64,000 nt of DNA from a virus (IMGVR_UViG_3300014720_000003:64001-128000); one strand, 5' to 3'; shown: positions 1-10,822, numbered from the stretch's first letter. Notes: generated from the sequence alone by a model not told the origin. Translations and numbers: made by a program.

Positions 1-1163
1 AAAAAGGTTTAGTTGAAGCCAGAACTAGTTTAATGGAGTCTCAACAAGAACAAGCAGCAACAAACCAACAAATCGGTCCCGCACAACCCACAGATAATAG
101 AGCAGCATCTTTAATGGCACCATACCAAGAGCCATTAACAGGAACCCTATCACCATCATCAACACCTTCTCCACCCGCCACAACAACCCAGCCTAATGGC
201 ACTGATATGGCCCGTAAAAGATTTGAGGAACGAGCCGCGTATCTTAGAAGTTGGGGTATGCCAACAGAGCCACTCCCCGATAATGCCCCATCAACTCCGG
301 CCTCACCAGGAATGGAACCAGATATTTTTGTAAGAAAAAGAGCAGAAGCAGAAGCTCAAGCATTACAAGAAGAAATTAGTAGAATGGAATCTTCAATTAG
401 TGGTAAACAAAGTGAAATATCGGGTTTTGAAAAGAAGGCCGTATACGAAAGACGCGCCAAAATGGGTGCTGGTACATATAAAAAGGGTGTGCCAACAACT
501 TCCGAAGCGGCCGCAGCATCCGCCAAAGCTGATATTGAAACTATTAATGCTGAGATGGAAGAAAAACGTAAACAGCTAAAGGCTGCTCAAGACAGAGCAT
601 CTAGTGCTATGAGGCCAGTCGCTAAACCCGTGGAAACATCATCGACTACTACAACCAATCCAGAATTTGCCGCTTTCGCAGCAGATTCGGCCGCTAGAAG
701 ACAGCAGCCTGCGTCCGATATGTTAACCACAATCAGACAAGCACAACCCACAACCGCTCTTGCTACACAAGGACCAATACCAGCACCACTAGGGACCACG
801 CCAGTAGCCAGAACAGCAACAGCATCCGCCGGAACTCAACAGGGTGATACTCAACAAATGATGGCTAATGTATTAACATTAGATGATCAATCAAGACAAT
901 TTTTAGAGAGTTTTGGTACTATACTTAATAATTTTGGAACTTATGTGGATAAACTAGCTACTATTAATATTCCTAAGATTCCAGAAAAAATAGAGATGCA
1001 AGGCAATCATGTGGTGGATGTTCGTATCACTGGAGCAGCAGCTTTTGAGGGATTAAAGAAAGATTTTGGCAATATGATTCAAGCTGAAATTAGTAAAAAG
1101 ATGAATAAAATATGGGTTCAATCTAATGGTCAGTATGGAGAAGCAGAAGGACAGAAAACATAA
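1..1163 (+). CDS. 3' part of a long tail protein, probably tape measure (5'-truncated by window)
   Basis: Frame is open from position 3 (KGLVEARTSL) into the ATG at 33. Ala/Gln/Thr-rich with coiled-coil segments; lies directly upstream of tail-like genes. Confidence 0.5.
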   Translation, partial: KGLVEARTSLMESQQEQAATNQQIGPAQPTDNRAASLMAPYQEPLTGTLSPSSTPSPPATTTQPNGTDMARKRFEERAAYLRSWGMPTEPLPDNAPSTPASPGMEPDIFVRKRAEAEAQALQEEISRMESSISGKQSEISGFEKKAVYERRAKMGAGTYKKGVPTTSEAAAASAKADIETINAEMEEKRKQLKAAQDRASSAMRPVAKPVETSSTTTTNPEFAAFAADSAARRQQPASDMLTTIRQAQPTTALATQGPIPAPLGTTPVARTATASAGTQQGDTQQMMANVLTLDDQSRQFLESFGTILNNFGTYVDKLATINIPKIPEKIEMQGNHVVDVRITGAAAFEGLKKDFGNMIQAEISKKMNKIWVQSNGQYGEAEGQKT

Positions 1164-2923
1164 TGGCATACGAAAGCAATCTTAAAGTATACTACTGTGC
1201 TCAGTCTAGTAGTCCGAGCGACTCTAATAGAATTGTTCCGGCTCCTATGCTCACTATTAATCCTGAAATTTATTATGCTAATGATAGTGTTATAGGATAT
1301 ACTTATATTATTACTCTCAAAGGATACGCCAATGCCTTAAGATTAGAAGATAATTCTAGACCAGTTGGACAACCTAATTATGGCGCTAATCAAACCATAG
1401 GTCACATGGATGATATTAGAAATATTTTTAATTTTAATGGTGGAAATTTGCATGTTAAGAGTGGATCTTCCACAGTATTATTAGCTAAGGGTGGTACTAT
1501 TAAAAGTATAAATTTTGATCAGTCAGACAATTTTTGGGTAAATTATTCTCAATTCACCATAGAGATTGAATTTAATGAAATTGATATGACTGGTTGTTCT
1601 AATAATTCAGCTATAGCATGTAACAGTAGTTTTTTTCATACCCCAAATCAATCAAATAATGAATATACATCCGATAATTTAGTGGATATGAAAAAATTTA
1701 AGATCAAAGAGTTTTCTGATAAATGGTCAATATCTATTGATGATCAAATCTATGATAACTACCAAGACTTTTATAATAGTAACTTTAAAGTAACATATAC
1801 TCTATCTGCTACTGGTAAAAATTACTATAATAACGATCAGTTTGTGCCAGCTTGGGAACAAGCTAAATTATTTGTCCAAGATAGGCTATATACCCAAGTC
1901 AATGGATTAATTAATGGTATACTAGTAATGACTGGTCAATCTAACACCAATTATGATGGATGTCTTCCAGGTAAAAAGCTATCTGAAATTCATGCTGTGT
2001 CAACAGATGGTGGCATTATGGATGCTTTTGATACTCCTAAAAACGGAGGTAATAAATATCAGGTTCATAATGAGATTATAACTTGTGAAACATCAGAATC
2101 CGATGGATCTTTTTCTATTACATATAATGCTATTTTAAAAAGACATAATCCATCATTTAGTAAATCTCAAAATTCATGCATACATACTTATACAAAAAGT
2201 ATTAGTTATGATGCTTCTAATCAGGTTACTATTAATATTCAGGGTACTTTACAAGGATTAGTACAAGGTGGATTTATATATGAAAAAGATGTTGAATTTA
2301 CTCTACCTAAAAACGGCACTTTTATTACGAGACACGATGGAGAAGAAACCAAATATAGCAATGCTTTAGCTTTTTATAATTCTAGGATAGGAATTATTGG
2401 TGGAGATCTAATGGATAGCTTAAAACAAACACTCAATATTACTAAAAGTGCTTTGCTTATAAGTAACCCAACCACTGGCTATCCAGTTGCTCAAAGCTTT
2501 ACACTAGATCATGATTATCATGAAGGATCAATAACATATACTGCTGTTTATGATACTAAATCAACGGAAAGTAATGATATGGGTTATACAAATATTAGTA
2601 TAGTAAGAAAAGATCCTGTTCAAATGACCCAAGAATTTATTATACCTGGTAGGGTTAGTGGTCCTATTATTCAAAAATTAAGAATGTTTACACCACTCAC
2701 AATTTCTATTAATATAGATGGTGCTCATCCTAGCAATAAAAGTTGTGGTACTGGATGGTGTAATGCTGATCCTATTAATACTATTGCTAATATTGCATCA
2801 CTAAGAACACTCACAGGAGATACTTGGATCAAAACTAAAGATGATACAACTGTTAATTCTATCGATGGATCTTTTAGTATTAATTTAGAGTATATGTGCA
2901 AAAATAATCAACCTCTATGTTAG
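1163..2923 (+). CDS. putative virion tail/baseplate protein, paralog 1 (586 aa)
   Basis: Beta-rich, Asn/Ser/Thr-rich. TAATG overlap with upstream gene; clear paralog of next ORF. Confidence 0.55.
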   Translation: MAYESNLKVYYCAQSSSPSDSNRIVPAPMLTINPEIYYANDSVIGYTYIITLKGYANALRLEDNSRPVGQPNYGANQTIGHMDDIRNIFNFNGGNLHVKSGSSTVLLAKGGTIKSINFDQSDNFWVNYSQFTIEIEFNEIDMTGCSNNSAIACNSSFFHTPNQSNNEYTSDNLVDMKKFKIKEFSDKWSISIDDQIYDNYQDFYNSNFKVTYTLSATGKNYYNNDQFVPAWEQAKLFVQDRLYTQVNGLINGILVMTGQSNTNYDGCLPGKKLSEIHAVSTDGGIMDAFDTPKNGGNKYQVHNEIITCETSESDGSFSITYNAILKRHNPSFSKSQNSCIHTYTKSISYDASNQVTINIQGTLQGLVQGGFIYEKDVEFTLPKNGTFITRHDGEETKYSNALAFYNSRIGIIGGDLMDSLKQTLNITKSALLISNPTTGYPVAQSFTLDHDYHEGSITYTAVYDTKSTESNDMGYTNISIVRKDPVQMTQEFIIPGRVSGPIIQKLRMFTPLTISINIDGAHPSNKSCGTGWCNADPINTIANIASLRTLTGDTWIKTKDDTTVNSIDGSFSINLEYMCKNNQPLC

Positions 2924-2932
2924 TGATATATT

Positions 2933-4768
2933 ATGAGTTATATATATAGTCCTGAAACTAAAATGTTCTATGGTCCACAAGATGCTGATCATAGATTAGT
3001 TCCAGCCCCAATGATTAGTATCAATAAAGAAAATATATATAGTAACGATACAATTATAGGATTTACATACACTATAGACTTTACAGGTTATGCTACCGCA
3101 CTGGACTTAAGGAATATTAATGGCTCATACGACCCCAATTCTTTACCGTATAATACGGGAAGTGTTGTTGATCATATTCATAAATTACGCAAAATCCTGA
3201 GTCAAAATGGTAATATTCTAGTAGTAGTAGATAGTAGTAGTAATATTATGCTCAAAGCAAAGGGAGGTATATTAAGATCATTTAATATTGATGAATCAAA
3301 TAATAACTGGATCCACTTTGCCAACTATACAGCATCTATCGAATTTAGTTCAGTAGAATTTCTGGGTGCTTCATGGCAAACTTATACAACAGAAGATTGT
3401 GGTAGTATACATCTTAAGGATGGATCATATCCAGATAATAATGACGATGGTACAGTTAATATTCAAAAATTTAAAATCAAAAGCTATACTGATAGTTGGT
3501 CAATTAATTTTGATGAAAACGCAGCTTTTAATAGGGTGAAGAAAAGAGACGATGCTTCTACTATGTTAAATATTGATAATCATGGTTTTGATATTGAGTA
3601 TACTATTTCTGCTGTTGGTAAACACCATTTTGTTTATAGTAATGAAACCACCAATGCATCTAAATTATTACCAGCATGGGAACAAGCTAAAAATTTTGTT
3701 CAGTATAGATTATATAATCAGGTCACTAATCTATTAGATAAAGTATTAAAGAATACTGCTAATGATGGTTGTGACTCTACATCCACCCCCAGCACAGCGC
3801 ATGTTCCAGGATCAGCCGTGGGTAATAATGGATTATTAAAAAATATAGGAGATAGTAAATATAAAATATTTAATGAGAATATATCGTGTGATGTTTCAGA
3901 ATCAGATGGCTCTTTTTCTGCAACATATAGTGCAACTATTAAAAATAACACTGTATCAGATTATAGTACCGCAGAAACTAAACACACAGTTAAAAAATCA
4001 TTCAATATTACTAATCAAAATAATACCAAAGCTGTTGGACTAACTATTAGTGGTACTATAGAGGGTCTACTAGAGGGTGGTATTATTAATAGCTCATCAC
4101 CCATTGAGTTGCCTGATAGTGGTTCTATTCTAATATATAAAAATAATAATGATACTAAATATGATAATGCTAAAGTACTTCTAGATAAAATATTTAAAGA
4201 AACAGAATATAATGCAGGTTTTGGTGCTAGTGGTAAAAAAGATTTGATCAAAGCATTTAAAGATAGTCTCGGTGTAACACTAACAGCTCTGGGTCTAAGT
4301 CCTGCTCCCGATGATCCTGTTAGTGATCCTCCTCACCCAATATCATTTAACTTGACACATGACTATAATACTGGTACTATAAATTATACGGTAGAGTATA
4401 GTAGTGATACTTTGGCGTGTGGTCGTAAATACCAAGAAATTAGTATTCAAACTAATAATCCGGTCAAAGTTATAGCTCCATTTAATATACCATTAAGTGA
4501 TAAAGGCCCATTAATACAAGAATTAGGAACACAAACAGCAAAAACTGTAACAGTAACTATCAACGGTTCGGATCTATCAGCACAAGGAAAACCAAGACCA
4601 ATGGATTTATTGAGTGAATTAAATTGTAATGCTAATTATTTACCAATTACTCTACCTAATATTAATGGTATAAAAACTAATCAAGAATATACTAGAAATA
4701 TTCTAGATGGGTCGTATACTATTAATTTATCATATATTTGTGATAATAATGGATGTTTAATATCTTAG
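2933..4768 (+). CDS. putative virion tail/baseplate protein, paralog 2 (611 aa)
   Basis: Shares motifs with previous ORF (RLVPAPM, PAWEQAK.FVQ.RLY.QV, SESDGSFS, L.HDY..G.I.Y). Confidence 0.55.
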   Translation: MSYIYSPETKMFYGPQDADHRLVPAPMISINKENIYSNDTIIGFTYTIDFTGYATALDLRNINGSYDPNSLPYNTGSVVDHIHKLRKILSQNGNILVVVDSSSNIMLKAKGGILRSFNIDESNNNWIHFANYTASIEFSSVEFLGASWQTYTTEDCGSIHLKDGSYPDNNDDGTVNIQKFKIKSYTDSWSINFDENAAFNRVKKRDDASTMLNIDNHGFDIEYTISAVGKHHFVYSNETTNASKLLPAWEQAKNFVQYRLYNQVTNLLDKVLKNTANDGCDSTSTPSTAHVPGSAVGNNGLLKNIGDSKYKIFNENISCDVSESDGSFSATYSATIKNNTVSDYSTAETKHTVKKSFNITNQNNTKAVGLTISGTIEGLLEGGIINSSSPIELPDSGSILIYKNNNDTKYDNAKVLLDKIFKETEYNAGFGASGKKDLIKAFKDSLGVTLTALGLSPAPDDPVSDPPHPISFNLTHDYNTGTINYTVEYSSDTLACGRKYQEISIQTNNPVKVIAPFNIPLSDKGPLIQELGTQTAKTVTVTINGSDLSAQGKPRPMDLLSELNCNANYLPITLPNINGIKTNQEYTRNILDGSYTINLSYICDNNGCLIS

Positions 4769-4777
4769 GAAACTATT

Positions 4778-6484
4778 ATGGCAGATATTATCAACGCACC
4801 AATTAAGTTTTTAGGCGCTACAGTTTTATCAACTAGTACTAGTATAGGTTACGGATCATCCAGTGAGAGCACCCTATCTGTAGAACTAGTAGAAGACTGT
4901 GATGCTAATGATCAATTTTTACCATCAGAAGTTGGTGCTCCTATTTATTTTAACTGTGGATCGTTTATATTTGGAGGTATTCTAACAGGATGGACTGAAA
5001 ATATTAGTCAATCTGGTAAAACTTTTAGTGTTAGAGCATCAGACCCTAGGCAATTATTAGATAATTTTACAATATTGGTGGATACTCAGATAGGTGCGGG
5101 AGTAGGAGAAAATAATGTATTTGATATCTGGGGTTATTGGGATAGTACAACACAAGCAGATTCCGACCAAGGTACTATTGCCACAAGAAAAGTTGGTAAT
5201 GAGTGCGATGATTATCCACAGTTTAATGTGCAAAAAGACAATATTAATGATCCAAAAAAGGGTCAATTCGGTAGAGCACAAAGCAGTGAAAGAGGTATGA
5301 AATACCGTCAAATAATAGATGCTTTAGAATGTAAAAATCCTTCTGTGTATAGTAACACTGGTTATGAATACAGTGTTGATTTCACAACCTTTCCCGCCAA
5401 AGCTCTAGTTCCTGATTTTTATAGAATACAAGGACCTACCACACTACTACAACTATTACAAAACATATGTGATATTTTAGGTCAAGAATTTTATGTTTAT
5501 TTAGAAGAAGTAGGCGTAAAACATACTATAAAAATAGGTCTTATTGATTTAACGCAAGAGCCAGGAACATTTAATGGCATAGTTACCCAATTCAAGGGTT
5601 GCGCTACAGACTTATCTTATGGTCAAGAATTGCGTCACGATAAAATTAAAACTGCAATATTTGGAGAAAATTATCATACAAACGAAGAATATCAAGATTG
5701 TTATTTTTATTTTGGTGCTGAACTTTATGAAACAGCTCCAAATGCAAATCAAATACTGAGACACATAGTACCACAAAAAGCTGGAGATGATGGATGTGGA
5801 TTTTGGATATTTAAAAGTATAACAGAACTTAATGCAACACTTCATAAACCTATCGCCCCATTAGCTGGTGGACAAAAAAATGGACCATATTCTATAAGCG
5901 AACTAGACCTAAGAGCTGCTATGAGTGGATTTAAAGTTTGGAAAAATAGAACTTTTTCAAAAGATATTCCAGGTAGTTTTAATAGAGCAGTTAGAAATAC
6001 ATATCCTATTTATGAAGATAGTGTGAGAGATACTATTAATGGTTTAGAGGGGGCAGCAACCGCAGCCACAGTAGGTAGAGCACTCCCAGACGCTGCTGTA
6101 CAGCCAACTAAATCAGATCAAAATATTACCCGTTTCAATGAAGAAACACAAGATGTAGAAAAGGTTTATGCCTGGATCAAACAGCTTGCTGATACTTATT
6201 ATGGTCGTCAGTTTTTAGTACCAATGAAAAATATTAGTTATTATTTAGAAGATGACAATGTTACCACTATGCCAAATCCAGAGCAGTCACAATTTATGTT
6301 TACTAAAGTTCCCACCAATGCTGGTGGTTGGACCGATCCTATTAATGGTAAAGTCACTGTGCTAGGACTAAGCGATCCAGCATTACAGTTTTTTAAGCAA
6401 GATGATGGGAGGGTTAGTAGTTTTGCTTCATTTCCTATAGAAATAAATAAAGAAACTGGTTGTAACGATAGTTTAGCAAATTAA
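4778..6484 (+). CDS. putative baseplate hub/tail protein (568 aa)
   Basis: N-terminal hub-like pattern (F.FGGIL..W...SGKTFSV...DPR.LL); position in tail module; AGGA RBS. Confidence 0.45.
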   Translation: MADIINAPIKFLGATVLSTSTSIGYGSSSESTLSVELVEDCDANDQFLPSEVGAPIYFNCGSFIFGGILTGWTENISQSGKTFSVRASDPRQLLDNFTILVDTQIGAGVGENNVFDIWGYWDSTTQADSDQGTIATRKVGNECDDYPQFNVQKDNINDPKKGQFGRAQSSERGMKYRQIIDALECKNPSVYSNTGYEYSVDFTTFPAKALVPDFYRIQGPTTLLQLLQNICDILGQEFYVYLEEVGVKHTIKIGLIDLTQEPGTFNGIVTQFKGCATDLSYGQELRHDKIKTAIFGENYHTNEEYQDCYFYFGAELYETAPNANQILRHIVPQKAGDDGCGFWIFKSITELNATLHKPIAPLAGGQKNGPYSISELDLRAAMSGFKVWKNRTFSKDIPGSFNRAVRNTYPIYEDSVRDTINGLEGAATAATVGRALPDAAVQPTKSDQNITRFNEETQDVEKVYAWIKQLADTYYGRQFLVPMKNISYYLEDDNVTTMPNPEQSQFMFTKVPTNAGGWTDPINGKVTVLGLSDPALQFFKQDDGRVSSFASFPIEINKETGCNDSLAN

Positions 6485-6497
6485 ATGGAGATATATA

Positions 6498-8840
6498 ATG
6501 CCAGCAGATAGAAATTGTGGAAAAATTGATCTTACAAAAATATCTTCTGATGAACTAATAACAGATGTTACATTTAATGGAGATACCACTTCTGGTACTG
6601 CATATATTAGGTGCGAAGTTGATGAAAATTTAGTAGTTGTATTACCAGGTAGAAGCGGAGATGTTCCTGCTGGTGTTTATGCTGTAATTAAATTTAATGA
6701 GGGATGTTTTGCCGATCTTTGTAAAGACTCTGCTGATTATAATCCAGCATTATCATTATTATCAAACTTACTAGATACCGCAGCTAAGTCGGAGGACGGT
6801 AGTATACCTACTCCAGAAACAGCACCAAATTTAATTAAGAATGCCAATAATAACCCTCCAACTAATTCTAGAACCAGCGATAGCAGTTGCGCTGAAAAAA
6901 GATCAACACCACCCAGCATTTGTGGAATAAATCCTGAAAGATTATTGGCAGCAACAAAAAGTGTTGATTCAGCAGAAACCAATATTCATGGTTTTCAACC
7001 AGCAGCAATTTTTCCTAATAAATTTAATATTCCATTAAAAGATAATACTGAAAGATATGGTCCGTATAAAAGTAATAATTTTGATAATATCAAAGGTGCT
7101 GCTGATATAATTATTAATACTGATTTATCACCCTGGAATTTTGGTAGTTTCGATAAAATGGGTCAGGCTGGTAATCAACTAGTAAGCAATCTTGCTACAG
7201 GATTACGCAAAGCGGAAACAGGGTCAGTAACAGTTCCAGGATTGCCAACACTAGCCAGACTAGGAGCTGCTATAAACAACGGACCACTACTAAGTAATGT
7301 TAGTATTAGTTTTGGTTCTTCGGGTATTACTACCACCTATGAGTTTAGAACTTTTAATCCCAAAGCTGGTGGATTAGCTCGTATGGGTGTTGAGAGATTC
7401 AAAGAATTAAGAGAAGCTAGACAACAACAACTGAGATTACTAAAAAGCGATCAAATTAATCAATATCGTATTAATCAAAAACTAAATAGAATTCGTAATC
7501 AACACAATATGGATGCTTTAAGACATGCTCGTGTTAATCAACAAGCATCATTACAACGAGTTTTGGTTGGAGAAATCTATAATTTTTCCTTGGAAACACA
7601 GGATGTAAACCAATTAGGACAAAGAACAGTTGTTGGCATATCAACTCTAGCAAAATCTGTTGCTGAGATGACTTATGACTATGAGAGAAAAGCATATATG
7701 AGTTTGGATGGCTTATTTGGACCCATTTCCAAAAATGGTGGTGGTACTGATAGTGGTGGTAATTTTCGTTTACCTCAATATGCTGGCTATGGGGATGATA
7801 GTTATATAACTAGTTCTCATAAAGCTTCTCCCATATCTCCTCAGCCCCCATTTATAAAAAACGGTGGATGTAGTGATACAAATTTAACGTATACTGTATA
7901 TAATTTAGATTTAAGCCAAAATTATTTTGATCCTTTAACTAATAAGTTTGAAACTCATACTTATCATTATGGTGCTGGTGCTGGTCACGTTGTTGATTTA
8001 TTGGGAAGACAAGAAGAAGTATATACAGAAGGACTTATTACTAATTTATTTAAAACAACTGATAATAAAAGATATAGTGAGGATTATCGATTCTTAGCTC
8101 TTAGAGGTCCTCTAATGCTTCATAGTTGGGGCTATGATCTGGATGGTAAACCAATTCCTAATGAAGCTGATACTGTCGAAGAGACTAAAATGGGTAACTT
8201 TAAGGTTGACCATCTTAAAGATCGTTTTATGAAAGACTGGTTACAAAAACCATTTTCTTGGCCAGCAGCACCAGTGGATCTAAGATTTGATCGTAAGCGT
8301 GGAGTATGGGTAAGCCCACAACCTTATAAGATTATTGTTGCTAAAATCGTTAAAGAGGTTCCTGCTTTCGGCCAAGGTTTAGGTGTGTTAGTAAATTATG
8401 GTAATAAACTATATGATGCTGATGGTAATGAAATAAATGCTGGTCCTGGCACAGAAAATAATGCGTGCTGTGAAACTCTAGCACCAAGTGGAACATGTTT
8501 TGGTAATTGGATAGATGTAGTAACAAATGTTTGCTTAACGCCATCAGGACTGGTTGTTAAAAAAGTCAAGGTTAGAGTATTAGATGCCGAGTATGATGAC
8601 TGCTGTACTGATATAATACCAACCGAATCATGTAGCAGTAGTACGGGCGGAAATTCAAATTGTGATTGTTTTACTGTAGATTGTTCATCTTCGTCATCAT
8701 CATCGTCCAGTTGCACAGAATCTACTGATATGAATCTAATAGAAATTGTGGATCGTATAGGACATAGACACAAAGCTGGATGTTATGTTTATGCTTATTA
8801 TGATACCACAACAGCTAAATATATAGTATTACAGAACTAA
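6498..8840 (+). CDS. putative tail structural protein (780 aa) with Cys/Ser-rich C-terminal insert
   Basis: GGAG RBS; GSVTVPGLP..NVSISFGSSGITTTYEF hub-like segment; last gene of the + strand module. Confidence 0.45.
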   Translation: MPADRNCGKIDLTKISSDELITDVTFNGDTTSGTAYIRCEVDENLVVVLPGRSGDVPAGVYAVIKFNEGCFADLCKDSADYNPALSLLSNLLDTAAKSEDGSIPTPETAPNLIKNANNNPPTNSRTSDSSCAEKRSTPPSICGINPERLLAATKSVDSAETNIHGFQPAAIFPNKFNIPLKDNTERYGPYKSNNFDNIKGAADIIINTDLSPWNFGSFDKMGQAGNQLVSNLATGLRKAETGSVTVPGLPTLARLGAAINNGPLLSNVSISFGSSGITTTYEFRTFNPKAGGLARMGVERFKELREARQQQLRLLKSDQINQYRINQKLNRIRNQHNMDALRHARVNQQASLQRVLVGEIYNFSLETQDVNQLGQRTVVGISTLAKSVAEMTYDYERKAYMSLDGLFGPISKNGGGTDSGGNFRLPQYAGYGDDSYITSSHKASPISPQPPFIKNGGCSDTNLTYTVYNLDLSQNYFDPLTNKFETHTYHYGAGAGHVVDLLGRQEEVYTEGLITNLFKTTDNKRYSEDYRFLALRGPLMLHSWGYDLDGKPIPNEADTVEETKMGNFKVDHLKDRFMKDWLQKPFSWPAAPVDLRFDRKRGVWVSPQPYKIIVAKIVKEVPAFGQGLGVLVNYGNKLYDADGNEINAGPGTENNACCETLAPSGTCFGNWIDVVTNVCLTPSGLVVKKVKVRVLDAEYDDCCTDIIPTESCSSSTGGNSNCDCFTVDCSSSSSSSSSCTESTDMNLIEIVDRIGHRHKAGCYVYAYYDTTTAKYIVLQN

Positions 8841-9869
8841 TCAGAGATTGCTCAGTTCCCAACTATTGAAAATATTTTCCCAACACTTGGAACTATTTTC
8901 TTTTCCCCATTGTTGGTCTATCTTATTTCTAGCATTAATTCTCAACTCTTGAGTTTCTGTACTTTCGAAAGCTGATCTTGATGCCTTATAAACAAATTCA
9001 CGATGATCGGCGCATAACCAACCTGTTTTACCATCATCCACTAAAACTTCCCATCCTCCTTTTTTATCAACAATTAATAGTGAACCAGAACTCATCGCCT
9101 CAAAACCTACTCGTGGTAAGTTCTCAAATGTATCTGTGGTCATAATAATAACATCACAAAATGCATATAATTCTTGTTGCGTTATTTGTCCTTCATGTAG
9201 ACCCAGGATATATGAAGGTAATTTACCTAATTTTTTTTCTGCTCTTTGATCCCAACCTAATATCATACCTCTTTTTAATATGGGAGAGGTCATAGTTTCA
9301 TAGATCCACAATTGTAAACCACCATATTTGTCAGCATCACCTCTAGAGATTCTACCAAAATTGAATGTTTCTGAGGTTTTTCTTTCGACAAACGGAAATG
9401 GATCGGTGTCGAAATACGGATTAAAAAATAATGGTCTATATGGTTTACCAGTCTCTATTAATCTAGGACTCACTCTATTATATTGGTGCTTGGTTTGATA
9501 TAGGTGAAAGTCTAACAGTCCTCTGCTTTGAGCCTCTATTTCTTTTGGAAAATTCCATGTCATGCAATTTACAAACGTGGTACTTTTAGCGTACTTTTTT
9601 ATTTCTTCTATATTTTTTAGGAATTCACCGTTACAAAAAGATATAGTATGAAAACCAGCACAATCCCTCCATGATCTGCTATCAATATATTTACATCCAA
9701 TATCTAGCATGGATTTTTTCATTTTATTCAAATTATCATCAAACCCACCCGTATGACAAATATATACATCGATGCCCATCTCTCTCCATAATCTTATCTG
9801 ATGATCCAACTCAGTATCCGCCCCACCTAATCTGGACGGATGTCCTATAACACACAATTCCTTGATCAT
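8841..9869 (-). CDS. GT-B (GT4-like) glycosyltransferase
   Basis: ENLPRVGFEAMSSG (Ex7E) motif, VDDGKTGWL. Confidence 0.8.
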   Translation of the reverse strand: MIKELCVIGHPSRLGGADTELDHQIRLWREMGIDVYICHTGGFDDNLNKMKKSMLDIGCKYIDSRSWRDCAGFHTISFCNGEFLKNIEEIKKYAKSTTFVNCMTWNFPKEIEAQSRGLLDFHLYQTKHQYNRVSPRLIETGKPYRPLFFNPYFDTDPFPFVERKTSETFNFGRISRGDADKYGGLQLWIYETMTSPILKRGMILGWDQRAEKKLGKLPSYILGLHEGQITQQELYAFCDVIIMTTDTFENLPRVGFEAMSSGSLLIVDKKGGWEVLVDDGKTGWLCADHREFVYKASRSAFESTETQELRINARNKIDQQWGKENSSKCWENIFNSWELSNL

Positions 9870-10039
9870 ACCTTTTTCCTACATACCCATACCACAGATG
9901 TGGCAAAGTCTTTCATAGATTCTAGTAATCTAATGAAATTATTTATATAATATTCAAACGATCTTTTCCATCCATCTGACAGATCATCTCTATCAAGATC
10001 CCGTATTCCTGTTACAAAAGATATTTGAGTATTTATCAT
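9866..10039 (-). CDS. 57-aa ORF not in track, resembling the N-terminus of HtrL/YibB-like proteins (possible remnant)
   Basis: Manual translation MINTQISFVTGIRDLDRDDLSDGWKRSFEYYINNFIRLLESMKDF...; fills the gap exactly, with ATGA overlap. Confidence 0.5.
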   Translation of the reverse strand: MINTQISFVTGIRDLDRDDLSDGWKRSFEYYINNFIRLLESMKDFATSVVWVCRKKV

Positions 10040-10040
10040 T

Positions 10041-10496
10041 TTAACAAAAACTCCCCGCAGTAATATCTATAACTTGACATGTTCCAAGGGTTACGTGCCA
10101 TGAGACTATGGTATAATCACAATAGTCCCCAGCACCTTGACAATCACAATCGGGAAAATTACTTAGTAAAAAAGTTACCATTACTCTACAGGACTGCGGA
10201 TAGCAGTTCTCAAAATACAAATCATATTCTGCCTCATAAAGACAAGGATTATTCGATATATTAAGTCTGTTTAGATAAGATCCATTTAAATAATTAACTA
10301 AGCTGTTGCTCATACATTTTGAGCACACTATATTGTTATTCAGTGTGAAGGTCAGCTCTTGTGTGTTACCTCCCCACGGCACATACTGAGGACAATCACA
10401 GCCGCCGCCGCCCTCTCCGCAACAACACGAAAGGTCACTAGCTAATTTACCATTTACGGTTAATAGTTTACCATTATATGAGATTAGTGGAGCCAC
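10041..10496 (-). CDS. Cys-rich hypothetical protein
   Basis: ORF track; GKLL..NGKLA...SCCC..CDC and many further Cys. Confidence 0.6.
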   Translation of the reverse strand: MAPLISYNGKLLTVNGKLASDLSCCCGEGGGGCDCPQYVPWGGNTQELTFTLNNNIVCSKCMSNSLVNYLNGSYLNRLNISNNPCLYEAEYDLYFENCYPQSCRVMVTFLLSNFPDCDCQGAGDYCDYTIVSWHVTLGTCQVIDITAGSFC

Positions 10497-10822
10497 TATT
10501 TATCCTTTTCTTTACTCCATTTATGCCATCCTTTATTGGGCAAATAGTTTCCTTCATCATCTTTGCGTTTTGGAAATAATGTTCCACCTTTTTTATGTTG
10601 ACCAAAAGCCAGTATTGCTCCACAATCACCACACCTTAATTCATAGTAATCGTTGCCTTCAACATTTCTTACTATAAACTTTAGATTGGTACTACCACAT
10701 AATCCGCACTTTTCTTCTCCAAAGATTTCTTGTATAATAGCCAGTTCTTTGAAGATTTCTTTTTGACCTGATCCTTCAACCTCGAACTCTAATCTATCAC
10801 TGACCTTATACTTAACTTTCAT
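10496..10822 (-). CDS. Zn-ribbon protein
   Basis: CGLCGS...CGDCG. Confidence 0.65.
   Translation of the reverse strand: MKVKYKVSDRLEFEVEGSGQKEIFKELAIIQEIFGEEKCGLCGSTNLKFIVRNVEGNDYYELRCGDCGAILAFGQHKKGGTLFPKRKDDEGNYLPNKGWHKWSKEKDK

Noticed and set aside
2921-4780. In-frame TAG junctions between tail ORFs suggesting stop-codon recoding or readthrough
   Set aside because: The first TAG is followed immediately by TGA, and the second junction has its own AGGA RBS. Conserved enzymes elsewhere are not interrupted by TAG or TGA.
6482-6500. Frameshift or pseudogene break between the 568-aa and 780-aa tail ORFs
   Set aside because: Clean stop, GGAG RBS and ATG indicate two genes; fission cannot be judged without homologs.
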